Of a stretch of 64,000 nt of DNA, positions 41,544 to 61,021 are shown one piece after another (within the stretch, counting starts at the first letter, position 1; every line of letters starts with the position of its first letter). The DNA is taken from positions 416,575 to 480,574 of the forward strand of contig JAWQFM010000020.1 of assembly GCA_033442325.1 (NCBI GenBank), written 5' to 3'. Position numbers and translations under genes: made by a program. The stretch comes from Salpingoeca rosetta (lineage: Eukaryota > Protista > Choanoflagellata). Below the pieces are notes generated by a model, which saw only the letters and a program-made list of their open reading frames with translations, did not search any database and was not told the DNA's origin.

Positions 41544-44500
41544 GACACACACACACAAAGACACACATACGCAAAGACATGGTGGGCACGATGTCCCATC
41601 AAGAGCAAAGGGAACAACACTGCACGACAAGAACAGCAACGCACCCCACAGCATCCTCGCTGATAATCTCTGGTGCAACGTAAGTGGGGGTGCCGCAGAT
41701 GGTGTAGATCTTTTCCTCCACGCGCTGCAGAGAGCGAGACAGCGGGACAGCGGGAAGGGGAGAGAGAGAGAGAGAGGGGGGGAGGGGTACAGTGAGACAA
41801 CCGGCAAGGCCAAATGAAAGGAGGAATCATACAAGGTGCTCTCGTGGTTGGAAGGGCACAACACCTTAAGCAAACAAGCGGCAGCCCACACACACACAGA
41901 CACACACACAGACACACAGACACACAGACACACACACACACACACAGACACACACACACACACACAAACACAACCACAACACACACATACACACACACAC
42001 ACAAAACACAGCCACAAGCAGCACGCCACGCACCATGGAGAGGCCAAAGTCGCCGAGCTTAAGGACGTCGCGCCCAAACTCGTCCTGCGCAACGAGGATG
42101 TTCTCCGGTTTGAGGTCGCGGTGCACAATGCGGTGCGAGTGCAGGTACGCAACCGCCTGTGTCAGGTGGCGCACAAGCTGCTGCGCGTCGGCTTCTGTGA
42201 AGCGGCCACGCTCGACAATGCGATCAAACAGGTCGCCGCCGTGCACGAGCTCAAGCACGAGGAATATGCGGTCCTCCGTCTCCAGCACATCGTACAACTT
42301 GATGATGTGCGGGTGGTTAATCTCGCGCATGATCTTCACCTCGTTCTCAATCATGAGCCGCTCCCGCTTGCCCACCAGCCGGTTCTTGTACACAATCTTG
42401 AGCGCATATGCCGTCCCCGTCTTGCGCTCGCAACAGCGGTACACGTCTGCAAAGTTGCCGTCGCCCAGCTTTTCATACACCTCAAAGCGCTCATCGACAT
42501 ACGCCTGATCAACAAGGCCGTGGTCCGACGCAACAAAGACGGCTGGCACAGACGAGCGTTTGCGGCGGCGGCCACGCTTGGCTGCCCGTTTTTCCTTCTC
42601 TTCCTGCGCCCTTCGCTCCTTCTCCTTCTTCTCCTCTGCTTTGCGCTGCAGGGATCGCGGCTTCCACTTGATCGTCTTGCGCGTGCGGTACCCGCGGTAC
42701 GCCGCCTGGATCTTGCACGCTGCCTCAGACTGCACATGCATGTGCGTGCGTGTATGTGCGTGTATGTGTGGATTGTTGTAATTGTGGGCGTGTGTGTGTG
42801 TGTGTGCTTTGTGTGCAACGAGTGCCAACAGACGGCATGCAGTCTGTGCTGGGTAATGGAAAGCCTCTCTTTCTTCATTTTACACACACACACACATACA
42901 CACACACAGAACCAGCATGCAGTCGTTGCCCTCACCTGGAATCGCTGCAGCATAGACTTGGAGACGTGCAGGTCTGGCGTGGACACGCGTGCGCGGCGCG
43001 TCTGTTTCTTCGGTGTCTTTGTCGCCGTTGGCTTCGGCCTGCCCCTGCGCTGCCCGTCCGGTGAGTGCTGCACCTCCTTCGACCTGCGTCGCGGCTTGTG
43101 CTTGTGGCGCTGTGGCGACGATGCGGGCGATGGAGACGATGGTGCTGCAGCTTGCGCACCATCCACCCCCGGCTCCTTTGACCGCCGCTGGTCCTGCTGT
43201 TGGTCCTGGTGTTTGCGCGGGCTCTTCTTCTTCTTCTTCGCCGGCTTTGGTGCCGCCGCCGCTGCTGCGGCTGCTTGTGGTGCTGGTGCCTGCCCCGACT
43301 GCTTGCCCTTGCCCTTCTTTGCAGTCGCCTTCTCATTGCGCAACGGCGCGTTTGCTCCCTTGGGCGAAACCGGACTGCTCACTTCCGCCTCTCCTTGCTC
43401 TTCTTGTTCTTCTTCAACAACACGCTCCAGCTCGGGCTGGTGACCATTAGCGTCATCAGCTGTATGCCCTTGCTCCTCTTGCAGTGCGGGCGGCTTGTTC
43501 CTCCCCCTCTTCTTTGTCCTGCCCCCTCCCTGCTCCTTCTCCTCCGGTGTTTGCTGTTGTTGGGGGAGAGCGACTGCAACTTCCGCTGGCGCCGGTGTTG
43601 ATGGCCGTCGGCTCTTCGTCACAGCACCAGTGGACGCTGTGGCGTCGCCTTGCTGCTGCCCTTGTGTTGCTGCCTGCTGTTGCTGTGACTGCCCTTGTCG
43701 CGCCTTTTGTGTGTCATTCGGCTTGTCCGTGCCTTCCGGTCGTGTGTGTGGCACCCCTGCCTCCCCCTTTGCGGCATTGCCGTGCGTGTCATCATCGCTG
43801 CTGTCACGAGTTGGCGCGGCGTCACCAATCGTAGCATCACCAGATGCATCCACAGCCTGCTGTTGCTGCTGCTGCTGCTGCTGCTGTTGTTGTTGTTCAC
43901 GTCCATGTTGTTGGTCTTGCTGCTGTTCATGTTGTTGTCGGTGTTGCTGTACCCTCTCCTCTTTTCGCCCCCTCTGTTCCTTCTGTTGCTTCTTCTTTTC
44001 CTTGAGCATGCGTTGCTTACGCTGGTGCTGCAGTTGGTACCTGTTGTTGTTGTTGTTGCTGTTGTTGTTGTTCGTCTTCTTCCCACCAGCACCAACACCA
44101 ACGGCTCGCCGCGCACCCATCGTTGGAAGCTTTGACTGCCGCTGCGTCTGCTGTGTCGAGGCATTCACACCACCACCATCATCACCATCACCATCACCAC
44201 TACCACCGCCGCCGCCGTTGTGCTTGGTGGTGGCCGTTGCTGGTTGCTGCTGTTGCGATGCCTTGGTCGCTGTCTTCGCGCCCTTGCTCTTCGTGGTGTC
44301 ATTTGCAGCCTGAGCGGTAGTCGCGGCTGTGCCATTGGGTGCGGCTGCATCATTGCTCGCGTGTGTCGGTGCAGACACATCGCCCTCCTCCTTCAGGCTG
44401 TCTGGTATCCGTTCACGCACGAGTGCTGGAGCACCAGGGGCGAGCACGAGGAGAGGTGGACGTGGAAGAAAAGGAGGTGTGGAGGGTGTGGTGGAGATGG

Positions 44501-46225
44501 TGGACAAACGGGTGTAAGGAGGTGAAGGCATGATGAGATGAGATGAGATGAGAGGACAGCAGTGTGATGTCTGCAGCATCCAACCAACGGGGGGCGCAGA
44601 AAGAGAGGTACACAAACACACACACACACACACTGCAGTCAAGTGCCAATATACACGCAAAACAAAATCCAGACACGCACAGAGATGCAAACACACACGC
44701 GCGCACACACCCAACACACACACATACACATACCCGTGGGCTTGTTCTTGAGTTTTTCCTTGAGTATTGCCTCCTGTCTCGCCTTCTCCGTGTCGAGTGC
44801 ACGCTCGTGCTGCTCGCGCTGCGTCTCGTACACATGCAGCAATTCGTCGCCACCATGCAGTTTCCTGGCAGGCGGTGGGGACACCGCACATACACACGAT
44901 GGAAGTGGACAACGGTGAGAGATGTCGGGGGCGGGGGATGACTCAGACTCAATGCAAGATCTGAACACTTGACACACACACGCACACAACACACACACAA
45001 AACACACACACACACACACACAAAACACACAACACACACACACAGACAAACCAAACAAACCGAACAAACACACACACAACGCGATGCTCACCGCGTCATC
45101 TTGTGCTTGATGGAGGCCTGCTGCCTGCGGCGTTCGAGTGCGGCCCTGCGTTCAACCTGCGAGACCTGAGCAAGCAGATAGTCGACACGGTTGGATATGG
45201 CGCCAGGTGACAGCATCTGTGGCGACTTCTCTTGCTGGTGGTGGTGATGTTGGGGATGGTGGTGACTGTTGCTGTGTACGTATTGGTCTTCGTTTGCGTG
45301 GTCGTTGAGGTGCTGTGGAGGGGATGATGCTGGGCCATTGTTCTGTTGTTGTTGTTGTTGTTGTGGTGGTGGTGGTGGTTCAACCTGTTGTTGTTGCTGT
45401 GATTGGCGTTGCTGTTGCTGTTGTTCGTGCGGTTTCCCCTTTCCCTGCATCTCCTCGTGTTGTTGCTGTTGCTGTTCCTTCAGCTGCTGCTGCCGCTTGT
45501 GTGCGGTCGAGTCCTCAGGAAAGCTTCTGTTCCTGCGCGTGTCCTCCCCGTCCACGGGCTTCTCGCGCGTCTCCGTAAGCGACGACAGCTGGCGGCCGAC
45601 AGACGGCGCAGACACTGGCGGTAGCACTGCACAGCAGTGGTGGTGTCGTGTTTGGAAGAGAGAGGGAGGGTGTTGGAGTTGCAGGGTGGGTGTGGGTTGG
45701 AATGAGTGTTGAATATTGGGGGAGGGGGTGCAAGGTAATGGAGGAAGGGGAAAGAGAAGAGGAAAGAAGGAAGAAGATGGAGGGAAGAGGAGGTGACAAG
45801 TGGAAAGAGAGTGAGGGATGTAGAGCTCACGCAAGGGGGGGGGGGGCATGTGAACCAAAGAAAACTGGGGATTACACTCAACCACAGTTAACCAGTGCAT
45901 GAGGGCTGCACTGGCATTTACACGCCTGTACGGTGTACGAGTGTTACCGGTGTATGGGTTTCCTTCGAAGCGTTGTCGCAGATACCCCTTGCGATCGAGC
46001 GCTTGTGAATCGTGAACGCGCGGGCCAGGACGTCCGGCGTACTTTGTCCGTTTCTGTGGCAGCCGCGCACCGGGAAATGACTGGTGACGTCGGCACGCAC
46101 ACCAACAGGTGGGGAGGAATTGCGGAGATGTTGCGGTGAATGGTGGTACCACAGCAGCAACATACAAAGCAATGTACAAGCAATGTGCAAGCAGTGTACA
46201 AGCAGTGTACAAGGCTCACAGGCGC

Positions 46226-46271
<46 letters not shown>

Positions 46272-46725
46272 TACAAGACGACTCACAGGTGCAAGACACG
46301 ACCATGCATGCAAACGCAGACAAACCAAACAAACAACGGCACACCTTGCTGTCCTTGCGCCTGGTTCGGCGAAGATATTCACGAACGGGAACGTCAGTGC
46401 CGGTAGTGCCGTTGGCTGCCATGGCCGCTTGCTTGCGAAAGATGGCGCGCAAGAGGCGCCTGTTGAGCCGCTCCTTTCCCGTTACCACGATGGACTTGAT
46501 GTCGTACAGCTCGTCCACCTCCCGCACACGATCGCCGCTGCTGACGTTGTACAGGCGCCGCACGCCGCCCACGATGGCCATGCTCTCGGTGAGCGCGTCA
46601 ATGACCTGGTCCATGGACGACGACGTGCGCGGGTTCACAATGAACTTCTTCGCCTTGAAGTCGAGGTCATTGTTGGCATACACGTCCAAGACGGCAGAGC
46701 GCGGTGGCTGTGGAATGCTTGCCAT
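40935..46725 (-). CDS. DCLK: Doublecortin-like kinase: one N-terminal DCX domain, long disordered linker, IQ motif, CAMK-group kinase
   Basis: ATG at 46725. DCX-like NNDLDFKAKKFIVNPR...GGVRRLYNVSSGDRV. Kinase motifs LGDGNFADV, ALKIV, HRDLKPENIL, DFG, ICGTPTYVAPE and [24 protein letters not shown]. Stop TGA at 40935-40937. Confidence 0.88.
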
Positions 46726-47171
46726 GGTTCACACAACACCGGAAGGTGTTGCGTTGATCGGTGACAACAACCACAGCACGCCACCTCTGCCTTTGTCGTC
46801 ACGCAAGAGAGAGAGAGAGAGTGTGTGTGTGTGTGTGGATGTAGGTGTGTGTGTGTGTGTGTGTGTGGATGTAGGTGTGTGTGTGTGTGGGTGTCGCGAG
46901 CGGTCGTCACACGCACACGCACTGGGAGGCGCGAGCGCGATCGCTGGCTCTTGCTGGTGTGAGGGGGTGCAAGGATCTAAGGATGGTAGGGCAGGATGGG
47001 ATGGGTTGGCAGCTTCTCACGCTCTCATATCCGAAAACGCAGGCCGCAGGTAGTGCAGAATATCGGTGAAAATTATCTGTCAATATTCGACATGGCTGGG
47101 TCGCGAACGCGCACCAAACAAACACAAACAAAAACCACCAAACACGCTAACCTTGGTTGGGAGGGTTGTGG

Positions 47172-47224
<53 letters not shown>

Positions 47225-48017
47225 TGTGTGTGTTTGTGTGTTGTGTGTGTGTGTGTGTGTGTGTGCGTGTGTATTTGGTACAACGTTTCTCCATTCGTGC
47301 CTGCTGCGCTGTTGTTGGATGCGAGGTGTGTTCCAATGCCATAGTTAGGCGACGACCAGACCAGACCAGAAAAAATAAAGTCATGTGGGCAGTTAACGAT
47401 AGCGCCGAGCAAAGGGCTAAAAGGCGGAGCAAAAGGCGAGAGGAATGAATTAATCGTAACAGGGACAGGACCGAAGAACGGAAGGAAACATGTTCGCTGA
47501 CAATACACAAAAAGGACGCCCCACGCGCGAGAGCAGTAAATAGAGACACACACGCACAGCGCCACTATGGAGACCAAATACTGCCTGTGATAACGACGCA
47601 GCTGCTGGCGCTGTCTCATGGGACACGAACGCCCAACACCACATGCCAGACACTTAAACACCCTCCTCCCCTGGCTCTCTCGGACGCAACGGTCGCTTCA
47701 GCTACGATAGAAACATGGCACATACTAAACTCACTGACTGATACCCCCACCTAGAAAAAAAAACACCACAACAACAACTTAAACAACTAAAACAACTTAA
47801 ACAACAACTCGGCATACTTTAGAAAAGGAAGCATACATATCCATACATACAAGCAGCGTGCACAGAATGTGCCCCACAACACGCACTGCACGCAGCAGTG
47901 CCACGCCCGGCCGCACACGTGGTGTACATCCATGTGCGTGCGCACAACTGTTGCCTGCAAACAAGCACAGCGCGCTCACATGAGCACGTATGTCTTTCGG
48001 GCCCCCACCCCCTCCTC

Positions 48018-54039
<6,022 letters not shown>

Positions 54040-55705
54040 GGTGTGGAGATTGGTCGGGCCATACGTAACCCGCCGTCGCCCTCTTGTCGTCCTCTCTCGA
54101 GTCTCGTCCCTCTCAATCGCCACAACAAGCAAGCAAGCAAGCAAGCAAGCAAGAGTGACCAAGCGAGGGCGTGTGGGGGAATGCTGCGATGCAAGCCGCT
54201 GCTGCTTTCTTTTCTTGCCAACAACAACAACACAAACAACAAGGCTGACGGACCGTCGAGAATTGATGCAAATCTTTGGTAAATTATCCAAAACACGAGC
54301 GAGCAAGCACACAAGCAAAGGAGCAAAGGAATCGCTCGCTCGCCTTCCCGTCGCACGCACAGGCACCCACTCCTAAGTCACTAAGTCACCCTTCACACCC
54401 TCACAAGCTCACACTCTCACATACGCCAGTCCTCTTCTCCTTCACTTCACTTCATTTCCTCTTCTATTGACGTGATGCAAGCTCACGAGAGAACAGCACA
54501 GCAGGTGGCACGATCAGAAATGCACAAGTCAGTCAGTGACACTGCATGTCAGTCAGGCAGGATGCGCTGCTGCGGCTGCCGCGCTGTTCCTTGGTGTTGC
54601 TGTGCTGCTGCTGTGGTGTCGTTGCTGTGCTGTGGTGCTTCTGTATCGTCTCCAAGCTGTCACGCACGTTGGCATCAGCGTGTGTCTCCATGCTGGCTGT
54701 GTGTGGTAGCGGCGCTTCTTCGGTCGCCTTCATGGTGTGGAGATTGGTCGGGCCATACGTAACCCGCCGTCGCCCTCTTGTCGTCCTCTCTCGAGTCTCG
54801 TCCCTCTCAATCGCCACAACAAGCAAGCAAGCAAGCAAGCAAGCAAGAGTGACCAAGCGAGGGCGTGTGGGGGAATGCTGCGATGCAAGCCGCTGCTGCT
54901 TTCTTTTCTTGCCAACAACAACAACACAAACAACAAGGCTGACGGACCGTCGAGAATTGATGCAAATCTTTGGTAAATTATCCAAAACACGAGCGAGCAA
55001 GCACACAAGCAAAGGAGCAAAGGAATCGCTCGCTCGCCTTCCCGTCGCACGCACAGGCACCCACTCCTAAGTCACTAAGTCACCCTTCACACCCTCACAA
55101 GCTCACACTCTCACATACGCCAGTCCTCTTCTCCTTCACTTCACTTCATTTCCTCTTCTATTGACGTGATGCAAGCTCACGAGAGAACAGCACAGCAGGT
55201 GGCACGATCAGAAATGCACAAGTCAGTCAGTGACACTGCATGTCAGTCAGGCAGGATGCTTTGTATCAGCCGGTGTGGGGTGACATCGGCTCACTTAGTC
55301 ACTTGGACTTGGACAAAGCACCTCAGAACTTCAGAATGAATGAACAAACCACGCACCAAGTGGGAACAGGCAGAATATGATGATCTGAATGCTGGGTAAG
55401 GTGGTAATGATAAGAACGATAGAATGATACAATGATGTCAAATGGTCTGCATGGTAAGACACAGTGATGTGACATGACATGACATAGTGACATGACATGA
55501 CACTATGACATGGTGACACAGCAGTGTACCTATTGTGTATGTGTATGTAGGTGATACAGACCAACACAAGAACACAGGTGGACGCTCACACACCTTCTCC
55601 ACACACGCACACGCACACACATACACACGCGCTCTCTTCTCTCCTCTTTTCTTCACTTTCTTTCTCCGTTCTTCTCCCTTCTCTCCTCACTCCTCTGCCA
55701 CTAGA

Positions 55706-56165
55706 CTACAGGTCCGTGTTGGGTTGCGACCGCTTCTTTGGGCGAGCATGGACGAGATGCAGCACCTCGCTCGCCTCCCGCAGTTTCTGCACGCAACGTC
55801 CAAAGAGAGAACCCCCGTCACAAGAAGCAAGATGGCGTGTGTTAAAACCAGGTGCAGTCATAACGTGGCACGCTCTGAAGGGGGGCATATGAAGAGTGTC
55901 GAGAGCAGCTGTGCATAGTCAAGCATCGACATCATCACCACCACCACCCTACCACCACCAAACCACCCAACTTGTCCTGCACACACACACACACACACAC
56001 ATGCACACGAGTTGCACACAAGTGCCACGGGTGCCAGTGCGCAGCGAACCTTGCGGGCGTCTGAACGGGCAAGGCCGGCAAGAGACCAGCCATTCACGTT
56101 GACGAGCTGCAGTGCAACAACAGGGAGAGCCATGGACAAATAAAATCGACAGAACAAGACACAGG

Positions 56166-56255
<90 letters not shown>

Positions 56256-57150
56256 CACACACACACACACACACATTGGCGTGAGGGCATGAAAAAAGAA
56301 ATCACGACGGAAGGGGCCATCGATGTACAAGATGAATTGCGAACAGCAAGCGCTCCAGGAAAGCCCAACAGAACGGTTTTCATGCCAGCAGCACACCAAG
56401 CAGCTACAATTAGGCATTTGCACGACACAAATGCAAGCAAGCACGCACAAGCACGCGCAAGCACACGCACCACGTCGCCGACATGGACTTGTTGCGCCTT
56501 GGCTGCAAGCCCGCCTTCCTTGACGCTCTGAACCACGACGCCAAGCTGCGTCGTCTCCCCCAACGTGAGCCCAAGGGGCTGATCTGGTGCATCCTGTGAA
56601 ACATCAACACACATGCAGACAAAGGAGGTGGGTGATAAAGAGGCACTGTGAGCGTGCGTACTCATACGCACACCAAGGCAGGGGGAAATCGCAAATTCCC
56701 GTGCATGTGCTCATTCGCCCACAAACACTCGCATGCGCACTCGACCATCCCACGCACGCGCACTCACTCACCCTGGTCAGAGTGCAGAGCTGGAACAGCA
56801 GGTTTTCATGGCGTTCACGCAGCGTCGCCAATGCCTGCAAGCAAATTAGAACAAAAGGTGAGCAAGAAAAGTAACAACCCACCAACCAAACAGCAAAGCC
56901 CGTCTCATCATGTCACGCGCAAGCACTTGCAGGAAAGTGCGGATGCCATCGCTCTATGGCTCAACGTACATCCAGGGCAAGGCGCTTCTCCTCCTCCTTT
57001 TGGCGGTGCTTTGACAGCGCACGCATCAATTTGGCCTGCACAGCAATATCAGGCACGCATGTGAGAATCAGAGAGTGCATTCATGCATGCAGGCAACAAC
57101 ATCAACCATTAACAGCTTCGAGTTGCTCTCCCTGATTCGATGGACGCATG

Positions 57151-57244
<94 letters not shown>

Positions 57245-57762
57245 GCGCGAGCTATCAACCGACGTACATACCTGGCTTTGCTTTCGTGATATGACAAGAA
57301 TCGATGTGTGCCCTGTTGGGGACGCGCGGAGGTATGGGAGGATGATGATCAAGGAGATGACGTTTGAGACATGGGTGCCGCATTTGGAGTGCACATACGC
57401 ACGCCCACCCCCAAGCCAACGCACCAAAACAAGACATATTGGGCAAATGGCTATTCCTACANNNNNNNNNNNNNNNNNNNNNNNNNNNNNNNNNNNNNNN
57501 NNNNNNNNNNNNNNNNNNNNNNNNNNNNNNNNNNNNNNNNNNNNNNNNNNNNNNNNNNNNNCACACACACACACACACACGCACACACGCAGTGCGCATG
57601 CATGGGTTAGTACCAGCATTTACAGCACATGCATGCAAGCGTCAGGGTGTACCTGTCGCCTTGAGCTTTTCTTTCATCTGCGGAAAAGTTGAGGCCGCGC
57701 AATGGGACACCGTCCCCCCGCAATGATCTCATCCGCCAACCCTAATCAAGGTCACAGGCAAC

Positions 57763-57840
<78 letters not shown>

Positions 57841-57988
57841 GGAGGAGAGGGGGGATTGAGTCAAGGACTGAATGTAAGGATTAGGCTGATGGGAAGAGAA
57901 AGGGAGAGAGCGAGAGACAGGGAAAGCGAGACAGAGAGACAGAGAGAGAAATAGCCACGGGCATAAGCCCGCGACATGCGACAGCAAG

Positions 57989-58019
<31 letters not shown>

Positions 58020-60939
58020 GCCAGCGTGTAATCCTACATACATGAAGTTGCCGTGCCGCTGGGCGGGGCTGCCATCACTCAGGCTGCCCACAAACAGCTG
58101 GCAGTTCTGTTGAATGTTGTCGCATACACGAGGACATTGACGTGAGCAGGCGTGAGTGCAAGCTTGCAAGAAGGCATCCTCCACGTCAAGAAGTGAAACC
58201 AAAACGAAGCAGATTCGTCTGCGTGCAACCAAATAGACAAGACACACACACACGCACGCACGCACGCACCCACGCTTCTGCAGAGATGCATGTGCACGTC
58301 CACACACATATACCCACGCTCTCGCGCAAAACAAACAAATGCAGACCTGGCCGTCATTGTCGCAGACGCCGCGAACGCCAAACCCAAGTGAGTTTGGGTT
58401 GAGCCGCTGAAACGACACCTGGTGCTCCTCTACCAGCGGCGCTGCGGGTGGCGCAAACACGTCGTTGTTGGACTCAGCCTGCTGCCCGCCTTGAGGCGAT
58501 GGCTGCTGATGCGACACATGCTGTGGTGGTGCATGTTGTCCCTGCTGCTGCTGCTGCTGCTGCTGTGGCTGATGGTAGGGCGGAGGCGGCATTGTCAGCT
58601 GCGTCGAACCCGACAGGGTGTGCTGTGACGCAAGACTGGCACTGGATGCCTGGCGACTGGTATCCGCCATGTTGCTGCCGCTGGCTGTTGCGGCCTGGCT
58701 TGGGTTGTTTTGGGGCGACGGGGCCGACTGGCCCGCTTGTCCCCCCTCCTGCTGAGGCCGCTGCTGCGCCATGTACGCGTGGTATGTCGCCCGGTTCTCG
58801 TCGTCGCTGTTGTTGTCTGGCTCTGCGTCGTCTGTCTCGGACTCATAGCGAATGGCGGGGGCACGGAACCCGCGAATGGTGCTGCTGCTCTCATACGGGC
58901 TGTCTGACGATGCAAACGACCCCACACGCGGCCGGGTGGCCGCGGGCACACGGCTCGGTGACTGCACAGACGGTACCGTGGTTGTCGCCTGCACGCTTCC
59001 TTCCACTTGCACAGAGGTGCCAATGTGACTGGCAGCGCCCGTGCGCGAATCCGGCCTAAAGTCGAAACAAGGGGCGGGGAGTGGGAAGGGGGTGGGTGGG
59101 GTGGGAAGGGTACACACACACAAAAAAAAAAAAAAAAAACACGCGCAGCACACATGCATGGGAAAACAACGTATCGGAGTTGAAACAGGAAGCAACAACA
59201 ACACATTCAACAGGAAGGTACGTTGAAGTTAGTAAGGTTCTATGGATTCAACCGTGACGTTGTGGTGATGAGATGGAAAGATTTGCATGCAGGGAACGCA
59301 AACATGTGCGTGACGTCAAGTACAAGTGCACACTACACATCGTTAAAACGCTCAAGTCAACCCGAACCTGCTCTGGTCCTGGTGCTGTTGTGGCTGCTGT
59401 GGCATCTCCCGCTCCACACCGACGCGCGTGCCCTCTGACCGTCGGCGGAACAGCGCCACAGCAGCGGGCACTGTGGCGTGGCTCAACTCAGCTCCCTCAA
59501 CCTGCAGCAGTGAACACACGCGCGGTGTGTGTGTGTATGTGTGTGTATGTGTGTGTGTGTGTGTGTTAATTGGCAGGCTGGCGTGAAGATGGGTCACTCG
59601 CACGCGAAAAGCAGAAGACGCGCCCATTGAGGTAACAGCAGTCCAGCAGCACAACAGCAGCACAACAGCAGCAACAGGACACAAGACACGTACAAAGCGC
59701 AGGATGTCGCCTTTGCGCAGGCCGTCATCGTACAGGCCCTGGGAGAGTTTGTTGACCACCAGATGCCCCATGCCATCGCTAGTCAGCTCAAGCTCTGGAT
59801 ACAAGCAAAGCATTGGTGCAGAGAGGAAATGTGAGAAGGTGGGGGGGGACGTATGCAGCTGGCAGTCTAGTGGCACGCGAGCGATGATGACAATGAAAGG
59901 ACCAAAGGACGAAAAAGCGTGTGCACATATGTACACATTCAAGCACACGCACACGCACTTGCATGCACACGCACACAGAGACGCATGCATATATCCGCAT
60001 ACAGATGCACACGCATGCAAACACACACCGTATCGTGATGGGTCTTCCGGGTGCGGATGGAGCGTGAGCTGAAATTGCTGCATGCGCGGCATTTGGCGTT
60101 GGACATCCCTGCAAAGGACAGTGCGCGCAAATGTGATACGAGAAGGTGACCGCGCGAGTGCATCAAACAGACGCTTGCGTGCTCGCACGTTGCCCAAAGC
60201 CTGCAACACCATGATGGGAACTCACTTGACCCAGGACATGACCTCCACCCCTTGGCGATCCTCCCGATGCAAGTGGGCACCCATCCTGAATGTTAAGGGG
60301 CAAAATTGTCAAGGCATGGAGGCGTGGTGCGTGGAAGCGAGGGTAAGAGAGTCACATGTCAGCACACAGTCAACGACGCTGCAGCCACAGGTGTCTGTGG
60401 TGTTGATCGCCATGCGCCCGCGACCGGTGTTGCGTGTCAAGCCACTGACTGACCTGGAGAGGGGGTTCATGTAATCCAGTCTCTTGGCAATGGCTGGCGG
60501 TAAATCGAAGTGGATTTCATGCCTGCCAGCAACCAAGGAAGGTCAGCAGATGCAACTAACACACACATGTATATTTACGCACATATTTACACATGCTTAC
60601 ACATACACATGTAAACACGCAACACGCACGCACACACACTGAAAACATGCAGCTCACTATCCGACTGTAGCACAGCGGACTCGTCATACCTGGAAAGAAT
60701 GTTCTTGTAGAAGACCAGCGTCTCTCGCAAGGTGGAAAAGTCGCCGTGAACGTTCTGTTGGAAGCGATGCATTTCGCTGCGAAAGGAGTGCAGCTCTTGC
60801 TGCAGTGGGCACGTGACAGAATGGAGGAGAGGGAGAGGGTGTGTGGGTGTGTGGGTGTGTGTGAGTGTGTGTGTGTGAAGAGAGTGTGTGAGAGTGTGTG
60901 TGAGAGCAAGCCAGCCAGACAGACAGACAGACACACACA

Positions 60940-61021
<82 letters not shown>

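Noticed and set aside
41836-44313. Plus-strand 535-aa and Cys-rich 272-aa ORFs
   Set aside because: Antisense to DCLK. Poly-Cys is the reverse reading of poly-Gln codons.
54040-54366. ORF extension MPVRATGRR... upstream of the kinesin ATG
   Set aside because: It begins at a non-ATG codon and runs through (GCTT)n/(GTT)n leader repeats. The first ATG is at 54039.
57729-57731. In-frame TGA in PDZ2 read as selenocysteine or stop read-through
   Set aside because: The PDZ consensus continues in shifted frames, which fits indel errors better. No SECIS was recognised.
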